A stretch of 62,904 nt of DNA, filler included, from Octopus bimaculoides (Eukaryota): NCBI RefSeq assembly GCF_001194135.2. It is 6 parts of 5 records of this genome, joined end to end, with 100 filler letters (N's around TTAATTAATTAA, not from the genome) between each part and the next. Parts side by side here need not be neighbours in the genome. Positions count along the whole stretch, not along the records: positions 47,362 to 51,065 come from NC_069008.1; positions 51,166 to 61,254 come from NC_068983.1; positions 61,355 to 62,904 come from NC_068997.1; 3 more parts are not named here. One strand, written 5' to 3'. The position numbers and the translations under genes are program-made. The notes under the pieces were generated by a model. That model worked only from the letters and a program-made list of their open reading frames with translations. It did not search any database and was not told the origin of the DNA. The stretch's first letter is position 1, and the number at the start of each line of letters is the position of its first letter. This document shows positions 50,091 through 62,904 of the stretch, piece by piece.

Positions 50091-51658
50091 GTTTACCTTA
50101 TTACAAAGTAGCTTAAAAGCTGCACTCCATGGAGACCTTTAAGCCAGCTCCCGCAAAGGGCTAATTGAGTTTGTGCCCCCAAATCAAAGAGAGCTAAATA
50201 GCATGGCAATAACACGTCCATAATGAGTATAAGCCCCAGTGGTGTTTGATTAGGGGTTAAGGATGGATGTAAATTAATCCATCTCCAAGGTGAATTCCAG
50301 CTGTTGGCCAATTTGTCTCAAAGTTCTTACCTCCATAAAAAAAATTAACGAAACGAATGTCATTTATCTACCCTTTGATCTCTGATGTCATCTGACAAAC
50401 ACCAACCAAGATGGTGTGAATCAGCCAAGCTTCACCTGCTAGAAATAGCAGCCCAAATGTTTTTGAATAAAAACCCCATTGCTGGATGTTCAAGAACTAA
50501 ATGAAGGGCAGATATTCAATCCTGTGATCATCCTGGTTCCAAAAAGGTATAACATGTCTATGTAGAACAAATGTAGACTGAGATATAGGGGTCCCGGCCG
50601 GACAGACAGAATTTCATGTTTATTAATTTAGATGTGTATCAATGTAATTGTTTAACCCTAGGTCAGTCCTGATCTAGCAGACCTATGTTATGATCAAAGA
50701 TGTTACAGCTGTGACCACCCTGTCTTTTATTCAGACATAGGGGAGAGGCTGATATGCATGGGTGACTGCAGGTCTTCCATAAACAACCTTGCCCAGACTT
50801 GTACCTCAGAGGGGAACTTTCTAGGTGCAATCCCATGGTCATTCATGAGTGAAGGGGGGTCTTTACCCATTATATATATAAGTGGCTAAAGAATGTCAGT
50901 AGAAGGGCACCCAAGAGTCATGACCAGGATCTGGTTTGGAGCCCCTTAGAATATAAGAAGCTAAGGGCCAAAACACTTGCCCCCCCTACACCGGGGGGGG
51001 CGGTAGGAGGGTTGTTCTTGTCTGAAGAGCCTCTGCTGTTCAGCTCTCTTGAAAGTTTCTTACCANNNNNNNNNNNNNNNNNNNNNNNNNNNNNNNNNNN
51101 NNNNNNNNNTTAATTAATTAANNNNNNNNNNNNNNNNNNNNNNNNNNNNNNNNNNNNNNNNNNNNTATATATATATATATATATGCTGTGCTTGAGAAGA
51201 CCCCATCAAACGAAGTAAAATTGTAGTTGTGGCACATGCTGGTGGCACGTAAAAAAGCACCTTTTCGAGTGTTGGGCCTTGCAGAGGCAAAGTGACTGAG
51301 TTCCTTTCAAGTGTTGGGCCTCACAGAGGTAAGTGACCAAGAACTTTGGCAGTGTGTCGTGCTTGAGAAGAAGACCCATCAAGCCAAACAAAATCACAGT
51401 CATGGCAAATACTGATGCCAAGCAAATGGCAACCGTGCTGGTGGAATGCAAAAGCACCCATTACATTCTTGGAGTGGTTGGCATTAGGAAGGGCATCCAG
51501 CCGTAGAAACCATGCCAGCATGAACAACGGACATTAAATGATGATGATGAGGAGGAGGAGGATTATGATGATGATGATGATGATGATGATATACACACAC
51601 ACACACATATATATGTATATGTATGTATGTATAGATAGATAGACACATACATAGATAC

Positions 51659-51697
<39 letters not shown>

Positions 51698-52614
51698 NNN
51701 NNNNNNNNNNNNNNNNNNNNNNNNNNNNNNNNNNNNNNNNNNNNNNNNNNNNNNNNNNNNNNNNNNNNNNNNNNNNNNNNNNNNNNNNNNNNNNNNNNNN
51801 NNNNNNNNNNNNNNNNNNNNNNNNNNNNNNNNNNNNNNNNNNNNNNNNNNNNNNNNNNNNNNNNNNNNNNNNNNNNNNNNNNNNNNNNNNNNNNNNNNNN
51901 NNNNNNNNNNNNNNNNNNNNNNNNNNNNNNNNNNNNNNNNNNNNNNNNNNNNNNNNNNNNNNNNNNNNNNNNNNNNNNNNNNNNNNNNNNNNNNNNNNNN
52001 NNNNNNNNNNNNNNNNNNNNNNNNNNNNNNNNNNNNNNNNNNNNNNNNNNNNNNNNNNNNNNNNNNNNNNNNNNNNNNNNNNNNNNNNNNNNNNNNNNNN
52101 NNNNNNNNNNNNNNNNNNNNNNNNNNNNNNNNNNNNNNNNNNNNNNNNNNNNNNNNNNNNNTATATATATATATATATATATGTACATACATACACACAC
52201 GTATATTACAACGCACATGCATATTTAAATGGTGGAAGTCGACTCTTGACCAAGTAAAACCACTTCTTAAACTCAGTAAGTCTGTGTAGATTTTCAGAGC
52301 AAGAACTTCCTGTTTGTGAATTTTCTTTGAGTGGATAAAGTATTACACAGTAATGAGCCAACTTTTCAGCACAATCAGCTATAAAATCTGTTACAACAAA
52401 GTTAAAACAACCTGGAACCAACAGTACTTTTTCATAGAATGTTGAAACAGGAACTGGCATGTGATTTTAAGCTGCATTTGGTAGTGAGGCCCTGTTTCAG
52501 AGGTATCAAGTTTTTGAGGAGTGTGGAACCACGTCTTTGTCTCAATTGTTGCTAGATCTAATCTAACCCAGAATGGGAGTACCTGTTAGGGTCCCAGTTG
52601 TGGATTAGCAAGTG

Positions 52615-53318
52615 AACAAATGGTAAAAAATTATACGCACTTTTTTCAATGTATTTACACCAAAGCAGAGGATAAACAAGTACATCATTTTTCTATATAG
52701 TCCCTTTCTTTTTCAATGCACTTCGTCCAGCAGTCCACAAGCTTGCATATTCCCTCCAAGAAGAAGGTTTTCGGTTGGTCGTGTAACCATTTATGCACTG
52801 CTTACTTCACATCTTCATCTGTAGGAAATCGAAACCTTGTAAACCATCTGTGAGTGGTCCAAAGATATGATAGTCCGAAAGGGCAAGATCTGGGTTGTAG
52901 GCAAGGTGTTTCAGTACCTCAAAACCCAATTGGTTAATGGTTTCAATGGTCTGGGCAGCCATATGTGGGCATGCATTGTCAAGCAACGACAAAACTGTCT
53001 TCAACAATAGGCATTTGGTGCGAATTGCTGGCTTCATTTTGTTGGCCAGCAAAGCTCTGTATCTTGCACTATTGATTGTACACCCCTTTTCCAGAGAAAT
53101 TAGATCACTGCTCTTTGTTCTTTTTTGGTACACATTGTGAGTGGAGCGGTCATGCTTACACTGTAAAGCCAGAAAGAAAAATGGCGTGATCAGGCTCAAA
53201 CTTTGATTACATGACCACAAATAGTACCAACTATAAGTAAGCATGCGCAGAAGGTAGTGTGACAATAATAAAAGTATGTTATAGCAAAAGTGTGGATAAT
53301 TTTTGACTTCCCCTCATA
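52615..53318 (-). mobile_element. Internally deleted mariner element
   Basis: GCTINSARY...LDNACPH...LGFEVLKHLAYNPDLALSDYHIFGPL (cf. HDNARPH and YSPDLAPSDF). TIR tatgaggggaagtcaaaaattatccacactttt on the right and a degenerate copy aaaaattatacgcactttt on the left. Confidence 0.85.
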
Positions 53319-53869
53319 TATATATACATTCATACATACACACACAGCAGCAACTATTTTGGCTGTCTGTCAACATTGGTGATAACTTTACATACATAAA
53401 GTTATGAGTTATAGTATCAAAAGAAGACTGCTCCTCTTCACTAATTAAGCAATTTAAATCACTAATTAAGCAACTTAAAGCAATGTCATTAGCAATATTT
53501 ATATATAATTATGCCTAATCAGTGAAATATTTACACATCAAATACAACAAAATTTCCAAATCATTCAATGTTCTGGTATCTTTTTGTTGACTGTCCTTTA
53601 CTGAGGAGGGTTAATAAAAGTGAAACATGTCCTTATAGCTGGTAAAGATCAGATTCACTCTACACTTCCCCTTCTCACACACTTGCATACCTCTTTTTAC
53701 GGCTTTGTCAATTAAAAATTCAGGAGTTTAATGCCTTTCCCTGATCAGAGCAATTTTTCTTAACACAAATGAATTTCCTTCTCTTCTTGATTATAAGTTC
53801 AAAGGACTGAAAATTATTTTTGGCTCACCACACTAAATAACACTAAATATAGTAGCTTGCACTATATCA

Positions 53870-53908
<39 letters not shown>

Positions 53909-54489
53909 GCACCCAGTACACTCAGCAAAGGGGTTAACATTAGGAAGGGCATACAGTCGTAGAAATCATGCCAAAGCAGACAACTGGAGTCTGGTCGGTC
54001 CTCTAATATGCCAGCTCCTGTCTATCCATCCAACTCATGCAAGCATGAAAAACAGTCATTAGATAATGATGATAATGGTGATGGTGATGGTGATGATGAT
54101 GATGATGATGATATATGATCAGAATTCACGCAAAATTCACTCACAAGGCCTTGGTTGACCCAGGGACACAGTAGGAGATACTTGCCCAAGCTGTTCAGCA
54201 ATGGAAACAAACCCAAAACCACATGGCTGCAAAGCCATATATATATATATATATATACATACATACATACACATATATATATATTCTTTTATTCTTTTAT
54301 TTGTTTCAGTCATTTTACTGCGGCCATGCTGGAGTACCACCTTTAGTTGAACACTTATTCTATTGGTCTCTTTTGTTGAACCACTAAGTTACAGGGATGT
54401 AAACGCACCAACATTGGTTGTCAAGCGATGTTGGGGAGACAAACATGGACACACAAACATATACAGAAATCCTACAAACAGATTTATAT

Positions 54490-55019
54490 TATTTTTCACT
54501 GTGTGTAGTTCAGTTCCAGTTTTATCAGACATTTTTTTCTTCAGAATCTTTTTTCAATAGAATTTATATATTTTTCATTGTATGTATAGTATTTTTCACT
54601 GTGTATAGTTCAAATCCCACTTCAGGATTTCTAATATTTTTCACCGTGTGTAGTTCAAATCCTTCTCAAATTTTTTCACTGTGTATAGTTGTTGTGTCTT
54701 CTTACACACTCCGTCTGTGTTGTATCTTATCAGCAACTAGCAACCGTTTGTAGTTCAAAATCTTTCTTCAACAGGATTTTTTAATATTTTTCTCTGTGTG
54801 TAGTTCAAATACTTCATAGTAGGATTTTTAATATTTTTCGCTGTGTGTGTTCGAATCCTCGTCGCCACTGGTATGTCCCGCATTATGATGACGTATTTCG
54901 CCGTCTGTGTGACTGGCCCATATGTCATACCTCGCCAACTGACACTGCTTGCTGTGTCTGACCACTATTTATCAGTAGTGGAACAGCCCACTTCTCACTT
55001 GGGGGTACCTGCCACAACA
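54490..55019 (-). mobile_element. 5' LTR (151 bp, TG...CA), tRNA primer-binding site and repetitive leader of an LTR retrotransposon
   Basis: The minus strand begins TGTTGTGGC (55019) and ends ...ACATACCA (54869). One nt later comes TGGCGACGAGGAT (54855-54867), complementary to a tRNA 3' end ending in CCA. A degenerate ~40-bp repeat leader follows. Confidence 0.65.
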
Positions 55020-55137
55020 AAACCACCCAACCCATGCCAGCATGGAAAGCGGATGTTAAATGATGATGATGATGATGATGATCTATGGTGGCATGACTTG
55101 GATTGCTATCACGTATGCATGTGTATATGTGTGTGTA

Positions 55138-55189
<52 letters not shown>

Positions 55190-55344
55190 TGCTTAAATGT
55201 GTAAACCAGTGCTGTTTCCCTCCTACACCACTTATCTAATCATTTAAAAATCTAGTGCTACTACTTTTATCAGCTGATTATTTGATTGATTGTTTTTTTA
55301 AGGTATCCACTTAACTATTTTACAAACTTCTGAAACTAGGCAGT

Positions 55345-55870
55345 TATCAGGTTGAGTAAAAAGTAAGCAACATTTTGAAACATGAAATTCATCACAAAAT
55401 ATTTCTGGAGCGTCATTAGTGAAATGTGTGGTCAAGCATTGTCATGAAGAATGATTGACCCTCTTCTGTTGACCAGTCTGGAACGGAGAAGTAGCAGTTT
55501 TTCATTCATTTTGGCAATTTCATAGCAATATGTTTTTGCAGTAATGGTTTTTCTGGGTTTTAAGAAATTAAAGTAGATGAGTCCAGCAGTATACCACCAA
55601 ACAGTCACTATATCCTTCTTTTTGAAGAGCTTAGGTTTAGGCAAAGTTTTCGGTGCTTCATTTTGGTCCAACCACTGTAAAGAACGTTTTTTTATTATTG
55701 TACAGAATCCACTTTTCATCGCAAGTTACAAAACAGTCAAGAACTGGATCAGTCTGGTTATGAAGAAGAAGTGACGAGCAAATTTCATATCTACGCATTT
55801 TCTGATTTTCATTCAAGCCATGTGGTGTCCATTTGTCAGATGTTATTTTAGTGCCTATTCACCAAACTGT
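55345..55870 (-). mobile_element. Mariner transposase fragment
   Basis: KRSLQWLDQNEAPKTLPKPKLFKKKDIVTVWW...LKPRKTITAKTYC...NRRGSIILHDNA, plus a tatcaggttgagtaaaaagta TIR-like end. Confidence 0.8.
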
Positions 55871-55949
55871 CATTATGAAGAAAATATCTGACTTTTATTT
55901 GTTTTCCAGTTTTCTTAAGAATCTCTTTGAATGGTTACCATCTGGTCAT

Positions 55950-56578
55950 GAGGCAAGCTGGCAGAAACATTAGCTCGCCAGGCAAAATGCTTAGCGGTAT
56001 TTTGTCTGCCACTGTGTTCTGAGTTCAAATTCCGCCGAGGTCGACTTTGCCTTTCATCCTTTCGGGGTCGATAAATTAAGTACCAGTTACGCACTGGGGT
56101 CGATATAATCGACTTAATCCGTTTGTCTGTCCTTGTTTGTCCCCTCTGTGTGTAGCCCCTTGTGGGCAGTAAAGAAATAGGTATTTTGTCTGTCTTTACA
56201 TTCTGAGTTCAAATTTCACCGAGGTCGACTTTACCTTTCTTCTTTTCAGAGTCGATAAATTAAGTACCAGTGGCGTACTGGGATTGATCTAATCGACTGG
56301 CCCCGCNNNNNNNNNNGCCTTTCATCCTTTCGGGGTCGATAAATTAAGTACCAGTTACGCACTGGGGTCGATATAATCGACTTAATCCGTTTGTCTGTCC
56401 TTGTTTGTCCCCTCTGTGTGTAGCCCCTTGTGGGCAGTAAAGAAATAGGTATTTTGTCTGTCTTTACATTCTGAGTTCAAATTTCACCGAGGTCGACTTT
56501 ACCTTTCTTCTTTTCAGAGTCGATAAATTAAGTACCAGTGGCGTACTGGGATTGATCTAATCGACTGGCCCCGCCTCC
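55950..56578 (+). mobile_element. SINE family A composite (full copy plus 5'-truncated copy), partly duplicated across an N gap
   Basis: About 56045-56305 is repeated at 56317-56570 around a 10-N gap, probably an assembly overlap. Confidence 0.75.
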
Positions 56579-57190
56579 CCCAAAATTTCAGGCCTTGTGC
56601 CTAGAGTAGAAAAGAATATCTCGTCATGAGTCATATATTTAATGGAGAGTTACTGACCATATATTAAATATATGGTTTCTAGCCAGACATTAAACATTTG
56701 GTCACTGACCAGATGCTTAACATCTGAAATAATCTTTGGGTCAGCCTCTATTTACCACGTTGTTGTTGTTCTTTAAACCCTAGGTCAACACTGATCAAGT
56801 AGACCTGTGATTAAATGCATTCTAGCCGTAGACAATCCTGTCAGCTATATTGTTCAGTGTATCCCCTTTTATTTAAGACAAGCTGGCCCCATGCTATCAA
56901 AAGTGATGGTTAATTGTAGCATTTTATATATAAATAAGGACAAAAGACAGAATATGGATGGTAAATCAAATGAATACACTTGTCAATGTTATCTAGCGGT
57001 TGTCTTTTGAGATGTGACATCGATCATTGTTTGTTACTGAAAGAACACTTGTTCACACATACAAACATTTACATACTTCCCTTGTACATGCACACACACA
57101 TACGCATATATACTCACACAGAGTTGAAACGCTGCTTGATTTTTCTCTTCAGCGTTGAACGTTCACCCTCCCACTTCCATTGCACACACA

Positions 57191-57231
<41 letters not shown>

Positions 57232-57945
57232 GTTTGCAAACCTCCCTTTTACATACACACACATATACTCACACAGAGTTGAAATGCTGTTTGATTTTTT
57301 TTTCATTGTAATATTTCCGTCATCCTAATACTAGTCTGCCATCACCCCTTCCTTCCTTATTCGTCTATCACCCCTTCCTTTCTCATTCATATGTTGTGAC
57401 GGACAAAAACACAAGAGTATTATTATAGTAGATGGTACAACATGATTTGAAGATGACTTCGCTGCAATTTCTTGCAGTTTAAGTGACCACGTAGGCTTGT
57501 GATATTCCCTTATCAGATCGTTGGACATGATCTGTGTCACATGACCTATGTCACATGACCTGTGTCTCATAACCTGAGTGAGATGCAAGTTAGAAGCAAA
57601 AAACTATTTGTATGTAAAACAAAGACCACAAATGACATTAACTCACACAGATAAGTAGCAACACAATTTCTTTTAAGTATCAGCATAAAACCACTCACAA
57701 ACACAACCTGCTGCTGACCCATAGTCACAATGTCTCCTCTTTGGATTTTCTGCTTCATAACAGTCTCAGATCCTCAGAGTTGGCTGAGCTCATGTTACCT
57801 CCATTCAAGAGACTGCATGAAATCAGCCACTCCTGACTCATACATCTCTCCTCCTCTCATCACCCATGTTATTTCTCCACCTTCTCCTCTATGCCCTGCT
57901 TTAACCCTTTGCCTATGCAAAACATTTTCATACAATTAACTTTAA

Positions 57946-58153
57946 CCCTTTCATTACCGTATTTCTGTTGAGATGTTCTGTGTTTCTTTCAATTACTTTA
58001 AATATAACAAAAATTTAGTTATCATTCAGCTAGTGTTAGGAACATAAATTGTGACTAAGATTTTGGTGGAAGATTTTAATTCAGAACTTATGAAAACAAG
58101 ACATTTCTACTACAGAGCCAGAGGCAGTTTCAGCTGGGTTGGTAACGAAAGGA
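57946..58153. mobile_element. piggyBac-like MITE
   Basis: TTAA|ccctttcattacc ... ggtaacgaaagga|ctaa: CCC-initiated TIRs with a TTAA-type target site. Confidence 0.6.
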
Positions 58154-58229
58154 CTAATGTCCATGTTTGTTTTCAGACTTTTAGTTACTGGATGTTAATT
58201 TGGTGTAGTTGGTGTCTTATATGTGACTG

Positions 58230-58540
58230 TGAAAGTATGTGGCTTGGTGGTTAGGGTATTTGGCTCAAGAGCCTAAGGTCATGAGTTCAATTCCCAGCAA
58301 TATATTGTGTCCTTTATTTTCATGTTGCACCAGTCCACTTAGCTGGCAAAAATGAGTAGTTCCTGTATTTCAAAGGGCCAACTTTATCACACTCTATGTC
58401 ATGCTGAATCAACCTGAGAACTACATTAAGAGCACACGTGTCTGTGGAGTGCTCAGCCACATACATATTAATTTCACAAGCAGGCTGTTCCTTTGATTAG
58501 ATCAACTGGAACCCTCCTTGTTGAAATCGATGGAGTGCCA
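58230..58540 (+). mobile_element. tRNA-derived SINE sharing the family E tail but with a different head/central region
   Basis: GAGTTCAATTCC B box. The tail ctgagaactac...ggagtgctcagccac...ggaaccctc...ggagtgcca matches 8300-8440. Confidence 0.7.
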
Positions 58541-59019
58541 GTTCAATATGTGATCAGAGAATGTATCACACACAATAAAAGCACATGTATATCATATGTG
58601 GTTCATAGAAAGCATCATAAATAATTTTTGATACAAATGATATGTGTATCACATGATACATATTTTTATTGAGTGTGATACATCCTACTCTCACATATTA
58701 CCCACCAACTAAACCAAATTAATCTCTGTCCAGTGCATCACATATGATGGACACTGCCAGTTCCCAGGTGTCAAAACCATAGTGATATCCGTTTGGCAGC
58801 TGATGATGGGAATACACATTTGTTGTGCTTGACTGTGAATTTCTTGTGTCTTAGACTCATTATTCTGGGTTGTTTTTCATTCTTGTAAAGTGGAAAGCGT
58901 TTGTGGATTCATAGTTTGTGGGAATCACATACTTTGGTATGGTTTGATTTTCTTCAAAGGAAACATAATTAGGCTTGGACAATGCTTAGATATTGGTGTC
59001 TAATTTGGAAGGTTCTGTG

Positions 59020-59060
<41 letters not shown>

Positions 59061-59289
59061 TTTCAAATTTTGGCACAAGGCCAGAAGTTTTGTTGGAGGG
59101 ATGAAGATAATTATCTCATAACATCAGGCCCAATGTTCAACAGGTTCTTATTTTATTGACCCTGAAAATATGAAAGGCAAAGTCAACCTCAGCAACATTT
59201 GAACTTAGGACGTAATGCCAGAAGAAATCCCACAAAGCATTTTCCTGGCATGGTAACAATTCTGCCAATATATATATATATATATATAT

Positions 59290-59476
59290 ATGATGGCCGT
59301 CCACTCGTGACCGAGGAAGACCATTGCCGACCTTCAGGAACATTCTGCGCTCTAGTACTAACTTACATTTTGCATTTACGGCTCCGTTGGTGGCTAATGA
59401 GCCCTGTTCTTGATAAGCATACACGACTGCAAACATTGCAGATTAAGCTTTCCCCATTCACTATACGAGCTTAATC

Positions 59477-59480
<4 letters not shown>
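59290..59480 (-). mobile_element. 3' end of an RTE-clade LINE
   Basis: 59363-59458 reads LICNVCSRVCLSRTGLISHQRSRKCKM*, matching the RTE-type CxxC...SRxGLxSH motif, followed by a short 3' UTR. Confidence 0.75.
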
Positions 59481-59520
<40 letters not shown>

Positions 59521-59525
59521 TAAAT

Positions 59526-59561
<36 letters not shown>

Positions 59562-60348
59562 TGGACAACAAACCATAAGGCCAAGGCAAACATCTCAAGT
59601 CATACACATTATTATTATTGGAAAAAATTCAAAGTCTTACAGCTATTTCTGGGATATCCCCAAGTATGAGATATTCTGTCATCAGAGACAAATAGGGGAA
59701 AATAGGGGAAATGAGAAGGGTATATATTAATGAAATGGTGACATCAAGGAAGGAAGTAAAGGAATAAGGAGATAAAGAGAGAGAAGAAAAAAGAAACAAA
59801 AAAGTTCATAGTCCAACTTTCTGATGTTGTAGAAACGTGTTTCTATAATTTACTGTTTTAAATAAATTTCATGAAATTCAATTTAATTCACATTCACAAA
59901 TGATATGCTTACACAGATGCATGCACACACATATACACACACAAAGGAGATTAAGAGATATAGTTTAAAACTGTTACCTAAAATTAGATATGCTTTAGAC
60001 TTTACAAAGCTTTAGAATGATATTAAACTATAATACATTGTGTGTGNNNNNNNNNNNNNNNNNNNNNNNNNNNNNNNNNNNNNNNNNNNNNNNNNNNNNN
60101 NNNNNNNNNNNNNNNNNNNNNNNNNNNNNNNNNNNNNNNNNNNNNNGGAGGAAAAGATGTTTCAGCAACTTGAGCTTAAGCGGGCCTGTCGAAAGGCCTG
60201 AACATTTGTCATCTCAGCAGCCGGACTTCAAAGTCACTTGAGGGCTCACCAACGGAGTGAGTGTACTGCGTGATGATATGTGTGGATTGTTGATGGGATG
60301 GCTATCGTCTGTCAAGATGGAGCAGTCGTCATATATATACATACATAC

Positions 60349-60420
<72 letters not shown>

Positions 60421-61396
60421 CCAGTGAGAGAGTAAGAGAGAGAGGAATTATAGAAAGGGAGCGAAGATGAATTATGAAACTGTAATGATCTCACAAAATT
60501 AAAGTATGCCCTGTAAGTTCATAAGAACCCTATTTTTCTGGAGGGTATCAAAGGATTTACAAACATAAATGACAATGATTATCAGCATCAGAGAGATTAA
60601 ACAGCAGTAAAGTTGGTTTACGAGGGATTTAAATTTAGAGAAAAAGGAGAACAAAACTAAATAGAGTAAGTTATATAGTTTGGTGCTTTTCAGGTACAAA
60701 CATCTTTACTACCATTTAATTTATATTTATATAGTAATTGATGTAACCATGAATGTATTATAACTAATGTATATATACCATTAAAAGGCATGATGCTGTG
60801 GTTTTTTGTCTGAGAAAAAATATCTTCATAAACATATGTTAGAATCAGAATATATATCAAAATGAGGCAAATACCATCCCAGCAGCAACTTCAGATGTAT
60901 TGCAGCCGTTTTGGACCTTGTCAATGACATATACCCATCACCTCATGCTTAAACAAAATTGTCCCTTTTGATATATGGCAAACAAGGAATAATATATTGA
61001 CTGAGAATGGGGAAAAACTTGCTGGAATAAAAACTCAATGTATGCAATTGAAACAGCATTAAAATGAAATAGCCATCTATGAAGTATATTTAATATATAT
61101 GTATGTGTATCATCACCGTCGTTTAACGTCTGCTTTCCAAGCTAGCATGGGTTGGACGATTTGACTGAGGACTGGTGAACCAGATGGCTGCACCAGCTCC
61201 AATCTGATTTGGCAGAGTTTCTACACCTGGATGCCATATATATATATATATATANNNNNNNNNNNNNNNNNNNNNNNNNNNNNNNNNNNNNNNNNNNNTT
61301 AATTAATTAANNNNNNNNNNNNNNNNNNNNNNNNNNNNNNNNNNNNNNNNNNNNGACGGTCAGGCGGTAATCGATGACTGATGCGATATACACATG

Positions 61397-61465
<69 letters not shown>

Positions 61466-61745
61466 GTGTGCCCACGGACGTGAATGCCTGCATGAATGTG
61501 TAAATAAGTTTACACTGTGTTTGACTGAAAAAAATCACTGAAAACTGAGTTCTTGTGTTTCTTTTCTTTACGCTCCCTGTGTTGCTTTTAACTCACAATA
61601 TCATTAAAATGAAGTGAGAAAAGGATCGAAAACCACTTAGTGGTGGGTATAAAAGATTCAATACCGTGTAAAAAAAGGATCGTCTTAGCAGGCAACTGAT
61701 TTGTTAGAACTAGCAGACAACTGATGTGTTAGAATAGCACTCAAA

Positions 61746-61987
61746 GGCGGTGAGCTGGCAGAAACGTTAGCACGTCAGGCGAAATGCTTAGTGATATTTC
61801 GTCTGACTTTACGTTCTGAGTTCAAATTCCGCCGAGGTCGACTTTGCCTTTCATCCTTTCGGGGTCGATAAATTAAGTACCAGTTACGCACTGGGGGTCG
61901 ATGTAATCGACTTAATCCCTTTTTCTGTCCTTGTTTGTCTCCTCTATGTTTATCCCCTTGTGGGCAATAAAGAAATAAGAATTAAGA
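61746..61987 (+). mobile_element. SINE family A full-length copy with 13-bp target-site duplication
   Basis: TSD aatagcactcaaa at 61733-61745 and 61988-62000. CpGs are intact. Confidence 0.9.
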
Positions 61988-62687
61988 AATAGCACTCAAA
62001 TATCCTGTAAATCATATTCATCTATCTGAAAAGGAAGGTAATACTGGATGATCACGCCCGGAGTGACTTTATTCGCAGAGTTCTTAATTACAGCTGACTT
62101 GGTGCTGTTGAAGAACTTGTCAAAATTTCTAAACTATGAAGTCTCAGATAGCGCTCTCCTCGATTTTTGTTCTCGATTTTAATTTTGGGAGTTCTATTAT
62201 ATAATATACATTACATACATCTAATTGAATTTACTTTAATATGATTTCATGTCATTTACTCTTCATGTCTTCCATAGAAATTTCAGGAATTAAACACTAA
62301 TAGCTTATTGTCTGAAACATCTGAATATCTTCATAATTCGCATGGAAATGTGAATGTAATATTTAAAAGAAAAATGAAAATTTTGTTAGATTAATAGATT
62401 AAGTTAAATATTTTTGCGGATATTAAAGAATTATATATCGTATTATATTAAATATACGAGTGTGCATTGTATGTAGAAGCATATACACAAACGACGGACA
62501 TAAATATCTACATATATACTCGCATGCACACGTATGATTTTACAGGGTACATTTCAGTATAACTGTTTGAATGAATTAAATTGTTAAAAGAGAGGCGTAT
62601 TAAATACATATATGTCATACGCAAATGCATACACTTGGATCATAAATTCATCACACACAGACACACACACATAAACATACACACACA

Positions 62688-62721
<34 letters not shown>

Positions 62722-62828
62722 TAAACATACAAACACACATATCCATATACATATATATTTGTATAATTACTGATTAAATTCTCAAAAGATATACTGTGTA
62801 CATATGTCTGTGTGTATTATATATATTA

Positions 62829-62867
<39 letters not shown>

Positions 62868-62904
62868 CATACATACGTATATACATTCATATATATATAT
62901 ATAT

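Overview
AT-rich, microsatellite-dense animal genomic DNA with many N gaps. The repeat landscape suggests an octopus/coleoid cephalopod (inference). The only confidently identifiable host-gene sequence is a 98-nt minus-strand exon of talin (49506-49603). It encodes the F0 subdomain peptide AEYGLFLADDDPKKGTWLEPSKSLEYFLLRNG, so much of the window is probably talin intron. The rest is mostly mobile DNA: a near-full-length decayed Penelope-like element (RT + GIY-YIG) with an inverted terminal repeat, two R4/Dong-type LINE fragments, three RTE-like 3' ends, a Helitron helicase fragment, Tc1/mariner and piggyBac-like relics, a short LTR with a tRNA primer-binding site, and several SINE families. Less expected signals are: two families of short repeats with minimal hammerhead-ribozyme motifs, one with a non-canonical CUGUGGA core; a candidate internal first exon (MEPKIADKGLDYIR) and a phase-compatible chain of 16/8/19-nt micro-exon signatures on the talin strand; a SINE-derived 107-bp tandem array with cryptic micro-exon signals; several fold-back palindromes; and a sharp change in CpG content near 18-19 kb. 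Most long ORFs in the supplied track are microsatellite or N-gap artefacts. Repeat boundaries are approximate, and family names come from motif recognition, not database searches.
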